Positions 1-14,340 of a DNA stretch of 64,000 nt are shown here, piece by piece; within the stretch, counting starts at the first letter, position 1; every line of letters begins with the position of its first letter. Source of the stretch: Eledone cirrhosa (lineage: Eukaryota); assembly GCA_964016885.1 (NCBI GenBank), contig OZ024747.1:20026001-20090000 (forward strand), read 5' to 3'. The position numbers and the translations under genes were made by a program. The notes beneath the pieces are model-generated. The model had not been told where the DNA came from. It saw nothing but the letters and a program-made list of their open reading frames with translations, and searched no databases.

Positions 1-240
1 GCTGGCATGACTTTCACAACTTACATATTTGCATTGAAAATCTATATAATACATTGATCATTTGCAGATTGCTCTTCAGTGTGTGTGTTACGGGGAAGAG
101 CTTTGGTATTTTAATCATATAATTTAATATGAGTAATTGGTTAGGATCAATGTATGTTCAGCTTTGTTTTATAGGGTTATAAGCGATGACATTTTCAAGC
201 ACACACACACATATATATATATATATATAAATATATATAT

Positions 241-523
241 GGAGGCTCGTTGGCCTAGTGGCAAATGTGTTGGACTTACGAACATAATGTCGTGGCTTCG
301 ATTCCTGGGTTGCGTGTTTGTTCTTTAGCAAAACACTTTATTCCACGTTGATCCAGTATAGTCAGCTGAAAATGAGTACCAGCAATAGCTGGGGCCGTAA
401 CCCTGCGATGGACAGACGTCCTGTCTAGGGAGGAATCTTGTACACTCACTCGCTTCACGCCACGAAACCGAGATAAACGCCGGCCAAAGGAGCCTTCTGA
501 CTTAAGACAGACTTTAGACTTTA
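241..523 (+). mobile_element. tRNA-derived SINE
   Basis: A-box-like TGGCCTAGTGG and B-box-like GGCTTCGATTCCT; body with AAAATGAGTACC; (GACTTTA)2 tail running into (TA)n. Confidence 0.75.
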
Positions 524-748
524 GATATATATATATATATATTGTTGTTGAAAAGATTTAGAATTAAATCAATATATACATATATAAAGAATAAAATATT
601 TCCGTGTAACGTTCTTCATTAAAATAATCAATGTGTATGAATGGATATATTGGACATATAAACAGTAAAATCACAATCACATCTTTCCTTTTCCTGGTTG
701 ATGTTTCCGAATATTTATACTGATAGAAAAGCATACAATTGTAAATAT

Positions 749-930
749 AATTGTTTCTACTCTTTGGCACAATGACAGCAATTATCCCAGTGCATTACTG
801 GTACTTTATTTTATCGAGCCCGTAAAGTTAAAAGGCAAAGTTAACCTCGGTGGTATTTGAACTCAGAATGGAAAGGGCCGTAACTCTATATGTCAAAGCA
901 TGGGATCCGCCCCTCTACCGATACTTCCAC
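749..930 (-). mobile_element. ~185-bp tRNA-type SINE, major family (family A)
   Basis: Matches recurring consensus GGCAGTATCGGTAGAGGG..GAGTTCAAATCCCGCCGAGGTTAACTTTGCCTTTCATCCTTACGGGGTCGATAAAATAAAGTACCAG..AGTAGAAACAATT. Other copies: 1292-1413(+), 5253-5430(-), 9059-9215(+), 13240-13425(+), 25995-26175(+), 31003-31143(-), 31955-32133(-), 51110-51301(+), 54111-54297(+), 59565-59738(+). Confidence 0.85.
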
Positions 931-2863
931 TTGTAAATATAATACTTTGAATAGATTATCATGTATATTTTAACTCACAACATTTATTTGGTGTTCCTTT
1001 TAGCTTTTGCAAACAATCAGTTCTCCTTATGAGTGTATCCTGCATGAAATTTGTTTTATTTTCTGCTCCATTGCTTGCCATTACATTTTCTCTTTTACAA
1101 ATTAAAATTATTATTGGTGTGTGTACGTATTGTTACAGGTTTCCTCTGTTTCTTCATGTCTACGTCGTCGTTGTCGTCATCGTCATCGTTGTTGTCATTG
1201 TTGTTGTCGTTGTCGTCGTCGTCATTATTGTTGTTTTTGTCTTTGTTGTTGTTGTTGTGCTTCTTCTTCTTCTTCTTCATATTATTTTAATACGTTCTGA
1301 GTTCAAATCCCATCGAGATTAACTTTGTGTTTCATCCTTACGGGGTCGATAAAATAAAGCACCAGTAATACAATGTGGTAATTGCTGGCCTTGTGCCTAA
1401 AGTAGAAACAATTATTATTATTGCTATTGTGGTTATTATAATTATTATGAACTCTTCGATAGTTTCATATACGTTTCTTATCCTCCACCTACTAAACATC
1501 CGACTTTTTATGTGAGTAGCATTGGATATTTATTTATATGTTAGTGTATTTCATCAGAACTCTTTGTTGCATCAGGTGTTTCTTCAATGTTTGGTATGTT
1601 ATGAATGATAGATATAGTGTACTTTTAATAAGTACCTATTTTATAGGAGGATGTTATTCGATTTGCGCTATGCTATTGAATAAGTACCTATTTTATATGA
1701 GGATGTTATTCGATTTGCGCTATGCTATTGAAAAGCTTAGCAGTGGTGTTTCTAATCTCTTTCCATCTTACATCGTTTGGGCTTGTAGCTAGATTAGCGA
1801 ATTCAAAAATTTAAAGACTGAGTCCCATCACACACAAACTTGCCTCTTTTTATAATCTTATACATAGTTACGTTCTGCACTCATATATTACTTTTCCTAT
1901 ACACATAATCCTGCTCAAGTCTAGACCCGTATATCCTGGAACAAGATTTAACCTGCACCAGCATCAATTAAATACAGTTACCTCTGTGGTATCGAAATCC
2001 TTCAGCTAGAAGTACTATTGCAGTGAACATTGTAGTGATATCGGTGGGGTGGAGATAGAATCTTTGTCTGGATATACTCTTGGATATCTATGTCGTGTTG
2101 GATTCCATGAAGATGACACAATGGATCTTTGAAGGGAAGGGGAAACTTGAGCATATCTTAGTCCTGTTCGATAGCAAATCTACAGATAACAAATACGCAA
2201 ATATTCGCACACACACGTACACACAAGTACACGCACACACACACACACATACACACTCGTAGATATATATAACGGGAGGGCCGGGGTGATTGGTAAATCA
2301 GTAATTGTATAGTGTACGTTCGTATATACAGAATTTCTTTAATGTTGTTCTTTTGTCATGCATAATGTTTTTTTATTCTAAAATAAATTTATTATCAGAT
2401 TCTTTCACTGCTGTATCAATATGAATCATTTACAATAAAATTTCGCCGGAGAAAGATTAGCAAAATGTAATAAGCGGGTGGGAGTGGATAGCAAAAATAT
2501 GACCAATTAATAAGTGGGGTGGGGACGATTATTCAAGACCTAGTGTACGTGAATTATTGACGGACGTAAAAATGAAAAGTCAATACCGAAGTAGAGTTTA
2601 AATATTCATTTATTATGTCTAAGCATTGTTACTCTGGAGTCTCACCTGCGCACTCACTAAACAAGACTGGTGACCCAGTGAGTGCGCAGGTGAAGTTTAG
2701 AGTAACAAAACTAACCAATAGCCATAGTAAATGAATGTGTGTGTGTATGTGTATATATTGCATCGCCCTAGCCTGAAGTATATGGTCTGTAATGCGAAGA
2801 AATACCTATGATGGCTAGTAGACCACTGACGACGTATAGTCCTGGCTTCTATTTCTAATTCTT

Positions 2864-2908
<45 letters not shown>

Positions 2909-4302
2909 TAAATAAATTGGATACAATAAAAGTTTCTCACCAAATGCGAAGAAGCGCGCTATATTAACCCCTTAGGAAAGGACACAGAGCATATCTTTTA
3001 AAGTCATATATATGCAGTAGCTGTGTAATTGGGGGAGGCAAGCTTTCTCCAATATTTAAATTTTCTCCCAAAACACGCATCTATTTGGATATGCTCTACA
3101 ATGTATGTACATGTTATGTTTATCGCATATCGAAATTTTCTGTCCATTTTAGAGTGTGCAATGATCTAAACTAATCACTTCAACTAAATTCAGAAATGCT
3201 TCCACCGTCCCTGAAAATGAGACACAGAGAAAAACATGCACACACTCACCTACACACCTGTGTCTGTGCACATGATAAACACCTTTTATGACGATAGTCA
3301 AAAGGATGATAATATCCACGCTAATATATAATGTAAAATATGCGTACACTAGCGATGTTGACACCGTAAATTATAACGAAGATAATGACATTTGTCACAA
3401 ACATGATAACTTGTTGAAATATCCGTAGGCGAAAAGGAAATAAATAAGCGAAAAAATGAATTATTATCGTATCTAGAGATGATATTTTGTGGACATGAAG
3501 AAGAAATGTTTCTGTGAAATATATCAAAAGCAATACAATATATCGACTGAATTATTCTTTTGAAAAAACAAAAAATTACATCATTTCAAAATATATACAT
3601 TTTGGTGTGTATTTTAAGAGAGTTATTTTGTATTGCATGCCAAAAGTCGATGAGAAATAGAAAATTTGACTGATTGATAAAGCAGTTATTTTCAAGAGTT
3701 AAAAACATAGCTTAAATACAAATTTTCTCTATTGAAAGAAAAAGAAAATACTTTAGACTTCGAAAGCACATTTGATGGGACGCCATTTGCCGGTATAGAA
3801 GAAATTTACTTGCATATAAATGATCGGAAAATTAAGTTAAATCTATAGAAAAGGGTTTCAGTTCCACAAATATTGAAAGAGAAAAGAAAATCGTTTAAAA
3901 CTATATATAAATTCTAACCAATATATTATTATCGGGAAGTTTGGTGTCCATTACAAAGACAATTGGAGTCTGCTTTTCTTTCACAATCTAGCTTTCTTAA
4001 CAATTTCATTATTCTTAATCTAACAAAATTCCATACTGCACAACTATTTCCTAGCTGTAAAGGAAAGAAACCAGCTGTATACAACTGTAATTTCAAATGT
4101 TCTGATGTCTAGCTCTCTATTATATTGAATTAAGTATGGTTATCTCTATAGAATTGCTAAATAAACAAAGCTTCCAAATCGATTATTTGTGTAAATTTAA
4201 AACTAGCTAGCTATAGATGTAGGTGCGTATATATATATATATATACCTATAAATGAATATGTATATATATATCCATATACATACATATATCTATATCTAT
4301 AC

Positions 4303-4360
<58 letters not shown>

Positions 4361-7245
4361 TTATGTAGTGTATTTATATATGGATATGTGTGTGTGTGCT
4401 TGTGCACTCAGTTGACATTCATGTTCTAGAGAATATTTGAAATCTCTGCAATTGATTGTACCATTTAGCAATTTTACATTTTTGCGTAGTAATTCCTGCT
4501 TTTCTATTATGGAAATACTTCGAACGTGGGAGAGCTAATGCATATAGGGCAAGAAAGAAGGAAGATCATTACTTTATTTGTACATAAAAACATCTACAAT
4601 ATGAAGCAAGAAAAATACAACAGAAAAAAACGAATTAAATATGATGCAATATAATTTGATTCTAATATTACGAGAACATACACTCACAAAAGAAAACAAA
4701 TATGTATGAACATATCACGTATTCAGTGGGAATCAAACTGAGCTTAAAAACTATATTGATTTCGATGCAATCGTAACATCAAAATATGACACAGCCTTTA
4801 GAACATTAGTGTATTATCGCCACCACGTTTAAACGTATCTGAGGCTGACCCGTGTCATAAAAATGAAGCATATATCCAGAAGAAACTTCTTTCTAAGTTT
4901 ATTCGTTCATTTTGCCTCAGTAAAATGATTTCGATACAACAATATTTAAGTAGCGTTAAATGACTGCCAAACGATTTATCGGTATATATGCATCTATATG
5001 TGAAGATATACACGCACACGCACACACACACGCGCGCGCGCGCGCACACACACACACACACGCACGCGCGCGCGCGCGCGCAGACACACACAAACAGAGA
5101 CACATACTTATGTATATATATATGTATATATTCGTATATATATAAGTATATATACACTCACACACATATATATATAGAGAGATATAATAATAAAATGACA
5201 GTACAATACAGTACAATAATGCTCCTGAAATGTTGAGCACTTCTAAATGTAATAATTGTTTCTACTTTAGGCACAAGGCCAGCAATCACCCAGTGCATTA
5301 CTGGTACTTTATTTTATCGACCCCGTAAGGATGAAAGGCAAAGTTAACCTCGGCGGGATTTGAACTCAGATCATAAAGGGACGTAACTATGCTGGAAAGC
5401 ATGGCGTCCGACCCTCTACCGATACTGCCGAACAGCGGCATGGTACTGAATAGATCTAACCACCATTCGGATTTTGGCTACGCTGCGCTTTGTCTTACCG
5501 CCCACCTGGCCCAATGCTACTCCCCTCTCGGAATATTCAGACTTCGACAAAATTCTACGGATTATACCATAACCTGTATTGTATTGTACTGCATTGACTA
5601 AATTCTCTACCCTATACTTCAGGGCCTTTGTAACCCATACTGAATTCTCAGACTCGAACACAAACTGATTCCATTTCCATATCTGTATGCATTATCTGAC
5701 TGCAACTTGAACTATATTGTATTTCTCCTATGTTTTGATTTCTCCATTTTACTCCACCACCACTCTTGTTTATTTATATTTTTCTACCTTTACTTTATTA
5801 ATGTGCTTTTTCTACGTATTCTACTTCTATATATCCATGTATGTTTTACTCCTCTTATTTGGACTTTTACTCGCTTGTACCCATTAGCACACGACACTAG
5901 AATGTATCCCCCTGAGAACAAAAATACCTATTACCCGGACTCTCCTATATAAATTAATAGTACTCGTTTGGTATAACGATGGCATAACGACGATGGATGA
6001 CTCCCCACTAGCACACCCGAAGCCTGGAATACATTCCTTGAGTGCTTGGAACAATTGATTAGGCGATCTCACTCGGAATGGCTGACATGTGATTAGGATG
6101 GGTAGGCCGGGGTCTGCAGTCGCCACATGCTGTCTGACTGCTAAACAAGGACATATTCTTTACTCTACATCCCACTAGGATAACTTATACAGGATCTCTA
6201 TAATACAATTAAAGTTTCTTCATGAAGGACTCTCTCTTTAACTAAACCTCGCAACCCAAAACATTAAACATTTTTTTAAACTGTTTAATTTTCAATTTTT
6301 CTAATTGTTTAATTTTCAATTTTCCAACTCTTTAATTTTATAACGTTAATCTTTAATTTTTTAACTTCATCCTATAAATCTAAACAAAAATTTAACGTTC
6401 CAATTTTCTGTCGGACTGTTGGGTTGGTTTTCCTGGCTGCGGGACCGGCCTCCTGGCGCATAGATCTACCTTGAGTGCTTGGAAAAGTAAATTTCCCCTT
6501 ATTTCGGTAAATGAAATTACTCGGAACGGGTTGATTCGCCCCAGGGGCGAATATACATTCCTAGAGTGCTTGGAAAAATTGATTTCCACATCTTTCGCTA
6601 GGCGATCTCACTCGGAATGGCTGACAAGCGGTTAGGATGGGCTGGATGTGGTCTGCAGTCGCAGCTTGCTGTTTGACTGCTAAACAATGACATAATCTTT
6701 ACTCTATAATACAATTAAAGTTTCTTCATAAATGTTTCTTTACCTAAACCTCGCAACCCAAAACCTTAAAACTTTTAAACTGTTTAATTTTCAATTTTCC
6801 AATTTCTTTAATTTTATGATGTTAATCTTAAATTTTTGTAACTTCATCCTATAAATCTAAACAAAAATTGAACGTTCCAATCTTCCGCTCACACATTATA
6901 ACATGCAAACCCCCACTATATTTACCTCTGTTATAATATATACCTCTGTTAAGATACGGGTCCTTTAGAAAAATATTTTTTCGCGGCATTCCTGGCCTGA
7001 CTGTAGCTTGACATCACTACTGACTTTTCTTCCTCTTTTTTTTTCTGTCTTTCTTCTATTTGACCAGGCGGTTAGTAGCACGCTATAAGCTTTAACCTCC
7101 TCACCAGATTGCCTCAAGTAGACCGAATAGCCAGCACTTGAGGGCGACCGGCTAAGGTGGAAGATGCTAGATGGCCGGTCATCCTCCGGTCTATGACTTT
7201 CAGCCCCATGGATTTTATCTATTACATTCATTTGTTATATTTCGA

Positions 7246-7303
7246 ATACCTTATGATATCACCGGGTTCATACAGAACCCGGTCATTGAAATGATCATAG
7301 TAT
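7246..7303 (+). ncRNA. Degenerate type-I hammerhead ribozyme
   Basis: ATAC-CTTATGA-[..CCGGGTTC ataca GAACCCGG..]-GAAA-TGATCA-TA-GTAT; core has G5>T; palindromic stem III ATGATCAT. Confidence 0.6.
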
Positions 7304-7498
7304 AATAAACCTTTCAATGATTTACACAAGTCCAGCCTCCTGTCATTTTATTATAATATTTAACTCCGTACTAGCACCACCAACTACAAAATCGAAGACG
7401 GTTGAACTGCTTTACGTTGAGTACTCTCCATATTATTACATTAAGATTGACCATACGGAATTGACCAGCTCTATCCAGTGGTGAACCTTCCAACCTGA

Positions 7499-7580
<82 letters not shown>

Positions 7581-7583
<3 letters not shown>

Positions 7584-7882
7584 GTCTGAATAAAAAATGG
7601 CGTAGACATACAACACAACGGGAGGAAAAAAATATAACACCACTGACGATGTTGCAGATGTGCAACGAAAGATTTATGTAAATTATGTAAACTATATATA
7701 TATGTGTTTGTGTCTATATTGTATCTGTATTATTTTTGACCGTCGGTCAGTCAATGGCAACATTGAGGACCGAGTAAGTTAGATCGCAGATATAAAAGAC
7801 AGCGAGAAGCGAAAACCAACCAAACAGTGAGTGTGTTCTGTTATTAACTCTGGCAATATTACGCAAATATGACCCTCCACAA

Positions 7883-7885
<3 letters not shown>
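7581..7885 (+). mobile_element. Solo Penelope pseudo-LTR fragment with HHR core at 7643-7670
   Basis: Reverse-complement homolog of 27418-27725, the 3' end of a GIY-YIG fragment; CTGACGA-TGTTGCAGATGTGCAAC-GAAA; flanked by (TA)n. Confidence 0.75.
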
Positions 7886-7940
<55 letters not shown>

Positions 7941-7944
<4 letters not shown>

Positions 7945-8161
7945 AGAAATGTTAGCTATCGCGGTATTTTGACAAAAGAAATTAAAGAAATTATTCAGCC
8001 TGATAGTGGGGTTAAGAACCATCGGAGAAATGGAAAAAGATGAGTATTGAGTCAATACTCATCTTTTTCCATTTCTCCGAGGGTTCTTAACCCCACTATC
8101 AGGCTAAATAGTTTCTTTAATTTCTTTAGTCAAAATACCGCGATAGCTAACATTTCTAATA
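7941..8161. repeat. Near-perfect ~220-bp palindrome in (TA)n
   Basis: TATTAGAAATGTTAGC...GAGTATTG-agt-CAATACTC...GCTAACATTTCTAATA. Confidence 0.9.
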
Positions 8162-8195
8162 ATTTCTAATCCACTCGCTGTTTCGAAAATATTCT

Positions 8196-8267
<72 letters not shown>

Positions 8268-8270
<3 letters not shown>

Positions 8271-8380
8271 TCATTTCATTTTACGTCCACTTTTCCTTGC
8301 TTGCAAGGGTGGGACAGGAACTGATTCTGGCTTGATTTCTACAGCTGGATGCCCTTCCTGACACCAACCTCATTTACAGT
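8268..8380 (-). mobile_element. 3' remnant of an RTE-associated SINE/LINE
   Basis: (CAT)n end with TTTACGTCCACTTTTCC and CTGGATGCCCTTCCTG motifs that I recall from cephalopod repeats; not database-checked. Confidence 0.45.
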
Positions 8381-8382
8381 GA

Positions 8383-8448
<66 letters not shown>

Positions 8449-8539
8449 ATGTGCGTGTGTCTTAGTGTATGTATGTATTTATGAATGTATATATACATAT
8501 ATATATATCTATATGTATACATATATATATATATATATA

Positions 8540-8735
8540 TAACGAAGGAAATGTGGTAAGGAACCAGGTGGACCATAACGCACCAAAGTACTCAATACTT
8601 GGGGTAGTAGAGTGGGTAATAGGAACCAGTAAGACCCCGACGGCTGAGCTCAAGCTGTTTCGACGGCTAATTCTGGTCCAGAATTAGCCGTCGAAACGGC
8701 TTGAGCTCAGCCGTCGGGGTCTTACTGGTTCCTAT
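8540..8735 (-). mobile_element. PLE-type pLTR cassette with foldback containing the 3' half of an HHR (family F)
   Basis: Palindrome 8618-8735 centred at ~8677; contains GAAA-CGGCTTGAGCTCAGCCG-TC-GGGGTC; homologs at 20746-20900, 59822-60022 and 63259-63910. Confidence 0.75.
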
Positions 8736-8759
8736 ATATATATATATATTTATATATGA

Positions 8760-8791
<32 letters not shown>

Positions 8792-9299
8792 TTATTAAAA
8801 TAACAGATTATATCGAGCCCTCTTTGGATTTTAGTCTCCAAATTTATTATTATTACTATATATATATATATATATATATATAATTGAATATACAAGGGAG
8901 ATGAACATTAATACAAACATGTGTCCGAAATGTCAGGACCAGGTTTCCTAGGGCGAAAAAATACTAACTACAGCAATATGGTTTGCCAGACTTAATTTAA
9001 AGTTGTAAATTAAGAAAAAAATAAAACGTTTATACAAGTGAAATTGTATACGAATAATCGGACGCCATGCTTTCCAGCATAGTTACGTCCCTTTACGATC
9101 TGAGTTCAAATCCCGCCGAGGTTGACTTTGCCTTTCATCCTTACCGGGTCGATAAAATAAAGTACCAGTAATGCACTGGGGTAATTGCTGGCCTTGTGCC
9201 TAAAGTAGAAACAATTACTATATATATATGGTGAAGTTTCAACATACTGCCTTCTAATTCAGTACTATTAACATATAATATATATAAATATACACACAG

Positions 9300-9376
<77 letters not shown>

Positions 9377-9430
9377 CTCTGAAACCATGAACACGAAAAA
9401 CACAGAGCTGGCATATCTAAGAACTGACTA

Positions 9431-9486
9431 ACTGCCTGATGAGGTCATAGCCATTCAATGGCTATCATCGAAATATATATAGCAGT
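9431..9486 (+). ncRNA. Type-I hammerhead ribozyme, intact core
   Basis: ACTGC-CTGATGA-[GGTCATAGCCA ttcaa TGGCTATCATC]-GAAA-TATATA-TA-GCAGT; stem I ACTGC/GCAGT; minimal palindromic stem III. Confidence 0.85.
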
Positions 9487-9595
9487 AAATAAAGGATTAT
9501 GAGTTCACGCAATTAACTTATGTTTCATCACTATATATATATATATATATATAAATATATATGTATATATATATACATATATATAAATATATATG

Positions 9596-9695
<100 letters not shown>

Positions 9696-9772
9696 AAATA
9701 TATTTATATATATTATATGGCAATAGTACTGAATTAGAAGGCAGTATGTTGAAACTTCACCACATTATATAT

Positions 9773-9831
<59 letters not shown>

Positions 9832-10166
9832 AATCTTTATTATTCGTATACAGTTTCACTTGTATAAACATTACATAAGCATTAGTGATATAAGATATAT
9901 GATATACTAGCTGGCGAGATTAGGTTTTAAAGAAATGGACTTAACTACCTTTATTCAAATTATTTAATCTTACAGACATACGTTAAGGTTACTCGTGTCT
10001 GGGGTATGCTCAGCCACCTGCATGTTGATTTCACGAGCAGGCTTTTCGGTTGATCGTATCAACGTATAAACTGGAAACTCGTGTTGTAAACGACGGAGTC
10101 CCACTCTATGCATGTATGTGTGTGTTTATGTACGTGTGTGTTTGTGTTTGTGTGTGTATGTTTGAG

Positions 10167-10213
<47 letters not shown>

Positions 10214-10909
10214 ATATATATATTTATGTATAATTTTATCTGTATAAATCTATTTAACCATATATACGTACATACATATATTTATATATATTATATATAT
10301 ATATATATATAAATACTGTATATGCACTTGTTTGAGATTTTATTCATATAATATATATTATGTATATATATATATATACAAACACACACATACACACGCA
10401 CATATATATATGTGTATGTGTATGCGTGTATATATATATATATATATACATATGTGTGTGTGTCTGTGTGTGTGTGTGTCTGTGTGTGTGTGTTATATTA
10501 ACAATAACACTAATTTGAGAAGAAATGCTTACGTTCCTGCAAATAACGTTAACTGGTTTGCTAAGTGGTTGTCATATTATTTATAAAATATAACATGATT
10601 ATTTTAGATTGAAATATTGGCTTAAAGAGCAGTTGAACACGTATTTACTTGAATACGTATTTGATAATAACAACTGATTCATAGTGTCCGTAATGCATTC
10701 CAAGTACTCCAACATTTTGACCAACTTATGTACATTTTACGCTAGGCTAAACATTTAACTTCAGTTTATTCACACAGAAGTAGACATTTTAGACATCTAC
10801 TTTTTATTCAGTTTACAGTCATATCTATAATTATTGCTCATAGTACAGAGTTTCATTTCATTTAATTAGAATTGATTGATTTGGTGGTGTTGTATTTTTC
10901 TAATTCTGT

Positions 10910-11022
<113 letters not shown>

Positions 11023-11069
11023 AATAAATATAAAATATACACGGGTGTGTATGATTGTGTATAGAAGAT

Positions 11070-11458
11070 TATATTAATAAAAGGAATTCCAACTTTGTCT
11101 GATTTACTCGTTTTATTTACAATCCTTTAAAATGTATAATGGTATTAGAATGAAATAGTATGATGGAATATTAAATGTTAAGTGTTAATTGAACAAGTAC
11201 TTACATGCTTTCGCAATCTTCAGGTTCAGATTCTGTGGTGACAGTCAAGTTTGCAATTTTCAACTGTGAAAATTGCAAACTTAACTGTCACCACAGAATA
11301 TGAACCTAAAGATTGCGAAAGCATGAAAGTACTTGTTCAATTAACACTTAACATTTAATATTCTATCATACTATTTCATTCTAATACCATTATACATTTT
11401 AAAGGATTGTAAATAAAACGAGTAAAGCATACAAAGTTGGAATTCCTTTTATTAATAT
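11070..11458. mobile_element. Foldback cassette with minimal HHR-like motifs (11190-11227 minus, mutated copy ~11301-11339 plus)
   Basis: ~190-bp inverted arms; minus strand reads TGAAC-CTGAAGA-TTGC-GAAA-GCATG-TA..GTTCA. Confidence 0.65.
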
Positions 11459-11874
11459 ATATATATATATATATACATATTTGTGTGCGTATGTCTGTAT
11501 TATATATAATTATATCTTCACACACACATATATATATAATATATATATGTATGTGTGTGTGTATGTGCGTGTGCGTGTGCGAGCGCGCGCGTGCGTGTGT
11601 GTGTGTGGTGTGTGTGTATTATTTAACCAGATTGTATTTTCGTTGTTGTGGTGGCTTCTGTGGCTGTGTCACCTAACCACAGTTTTCAATTTGTCACGCG
11701 TTTTAACGTATGTTTCTTACTCTAAGTAGTAACCTATCGATTTATCGTTACATTCTTATAGAGTGCTTCGTGTAAACTCCGAATTGTTACTTCGCGGATG
11801 TTGGACGACTGCCATAACTTCGATTGTACTAACCTTCCACTCGTATATGAATAAATAAATAAATAAATAATTAT

Positions 11875-12150
11875 CTTCTTCTTCGGCCAGAGTTTACACT
11901 CGCAAAGATTCAGCGCGCTTTCTCCAATCGCCCCGGTCAAGCATCACATTTCTCAGTTCGTCGAATTAATCAATGCTGCATCTCTCAGGAGGGTGTCAAT
12001 GAATGAGACGGCCTATCTTCCCACGCTTCTTCGATCGAGCGCTGGTTTCCAGAGCACAAGTTGAGATGCTGTCTCTTCTGGATGCTGGATACAGTGCTCA
12101 GCCAGTTTCATTTGTCAGCAGGCAAATCTTTTTGAGACTCGGGGTAGTGA

Positions 12151-12153
<3 letters not shown>
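11875..12153 (-). mobile_element. RTE-like LINE 3' fragment (pseudogenised)
   Basis: Manual minus-strand translation MKLAEHCIQHPEETASQLVLWKP...SFIDTLLRD...MLDRGDWRKR; similar to 24806-25135; (GAA)n tail. Confidence 0.65.
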
Positions 12154-12203
<50 letters not shown>

Positions 12204-12243
12204 GATATTAATAAATGGAAACTATATTTATAAAACCATATTT

Positions 12244-12306
12244 ATTTCATTATACATATTTCAGGGATACCACATTAAATTATGGTATACCTTCATCAGA
12301 CAAAAT
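12244..12306 (-). ncRNA. Type-I hammerhead ribozyme
   Basis: ATTTTGT-CTGATGA-[AGGTATACCAT..GTGGTATCCCT]-GAAA-TATGTA-TA-ATGAAAT; stem I needs G:U pairs. Confidence 0.7.
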
Positions 12307-12402
12307 ACAATATATAACAGTTTTACAAATAGGTTTGACGTACCCTTTAAAATACAAAAATATTTACTTGTTGTATCCCAACAACTTTAATAGAACTTTT
12401 GC

Positions 12403-12442
<40 letters not shown>

Positions 12443-14206
12443 CTGTGTGTGTGTGTGTGTGTATTGGTGAGGGTGTGGTGTGTTTATATATATGTATGTG
12501 TCTAATATTTATTACGGTGGTGCTGATTTAGTGTATGAGAAAACGCATGTTGTGACAATGTGAAAAATAATAATCGTATTAGCAATGATAATGTTTATGG
12601 TGAAGTTCATGCTGGTGATAGTGATGGTGATAGTGTTGATATTGAAAATGATGTTGTTGGTAGTAAAGATAGTTATACTAGTATTGATAGTGTTTATGAA
12701 CATTTTGGTAGTGATGAGGTTGTTGGTTGCGACGATGATGACTGGTGACAGTGTTGATTGTGATTATGGTCTCCGTGTTAGTAAGGATGATTTTGGTGAT
12801 GAGGAATAATTGTCTTGCTGAGAGTGGCGATAAATTGCGATGGATATTATGATAAGGATTTCTTTTCCGTTATCTTTCTCTTTTTTTATGTGAGCAGACA
12901 GTCACGTGATTCAGCTATTTTGCAAATGGGATTTTAATTAATTAAACTTAATATGTTCTTTCAATTAACACATCGTTTAGGGAATTTTAATAGATTCGTG
13001 AGTAGGAAGACCACATGATATTCATCACCATATGCATCACTATTCTTGTCATTATCCGCATCATTTCCCTCATCAGCTTCCTCATTTTCAGATATTTTGT
13101 CATAATCATCTTTATTATACGAAGCATCATTAGCTTAACAATCGTTCATCGGAATCATTGACATACTCATCCTTATCATCAACATCACTGTCATCGCGAC
13201 ATCGTCGTCGTCATCGTTATCAACATTATCATCATCTCGGGTGGATTAGCAGTATCAGTAGAGGGTCGGACGACATGCTTTGATGCATAGAGTTACGACC
13301 CATGCCATTCTGAGTTCAAATCCCGCCGAGGTAAATTTGCCTTTCATCCTTACGGAGTCGATAAAATAAAGTACCAGTAATGCACTGGGTAATTGCTGGC
13401 CTTGTGAAAAAAGTAGAAACAATTATTATCATCTCGGAGGCCACGATAATATCATTGACCCAGAGATACCTTCTGTGAATAAACATTAAAAACTTCTCAG
13501 TTCAATGTGTATTTGTCACTTGTTTTGATGTGTTGTATCATTTCACGTGTTTCTATTCACTGGCAAATTGCCAACTGACCGAATATATTCTCCCTTTTAT
13601 AGAAAATTAATTGAGTACATTCTAGCCATGATAATTTCATTTACTCCCTATCTCTGAGTAGATATCCACGTTCATCAATAATCTATGAAATTTAAAATCT
13701 AGCAAATTTTCTTAAGGAACGAACTGAAACAAATGTAATGAAAACATGACACGTACAGTTTTGTTCCACTCAGATTTCTTGGAAAGCACTCTAGAAAGTA
13801 ATGCTTCTTACAGACGAAATTCTACATAGTTCTACTATAGTTTCAGTATATACAATGACTAAAGCTTGCTGGACATGACAAATGTTCAGCAAGTTTGCTC
13901 CTGCTCCCTTCATTGGAACGTTTTCATGTATTTTCCGGTTGAGCTGACATTCTGAATAAGCCGAAAGGGTAAATACAGCATGAAATTATTTAAGCAATAA
14001 AATAATTAAAATAATTATGTTAATATAGCGCAACATCACGTAACTTCCTTAATTTGTTGTAGTGATCAAAGTAATTATAATTACATATGCTCATTTGAAA
14101 AGTTTTCAGGCTACATTTTACGGCAGTTAATTAAGAAGATTCACGATCCAGTTATTGTAATAATACAAAAGCTATCGTACAAGCTTTATAACAGCAACTA
14201 TACGTG

Positions 14207-14340
14207 AAGGAGCGTGGGTGAGTGGTAAGAGAATTGGATTCACAATCGTGAAGAGGTGAGTTCGATTCCCGGACCGGGTGATGCGTTATGTTCTTGTGAA
14301 AGACACTTTCACGTTGCTTCCTCTACCTGGAGTTGCAACG
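14207..14340 (+). mobile_element. tRNA-derived SINE head
   Basis: TGGGTGAGTGGTAAG A-box and GAGTTCGATTCCC B-box; similar to the 241-523 element. Confidence 0.65.

Noticed and set aside
241-310. tRNA gene (also 14207-14280)
   Set aside because: A and B boxes are present but there is no clean cloverleaf and the sequence continues into a SINE body
2270-2548. Possible Tc1/pogo-type MITE end
   Set aside because: Only one candidate terminus and no matching TIR or TSD found
12550-13235. Acidic or hydrophobic ORFs in GAT/CAT-rich tracts
   Set aside because: Degenerate trinucleotide microsatellite with no domain
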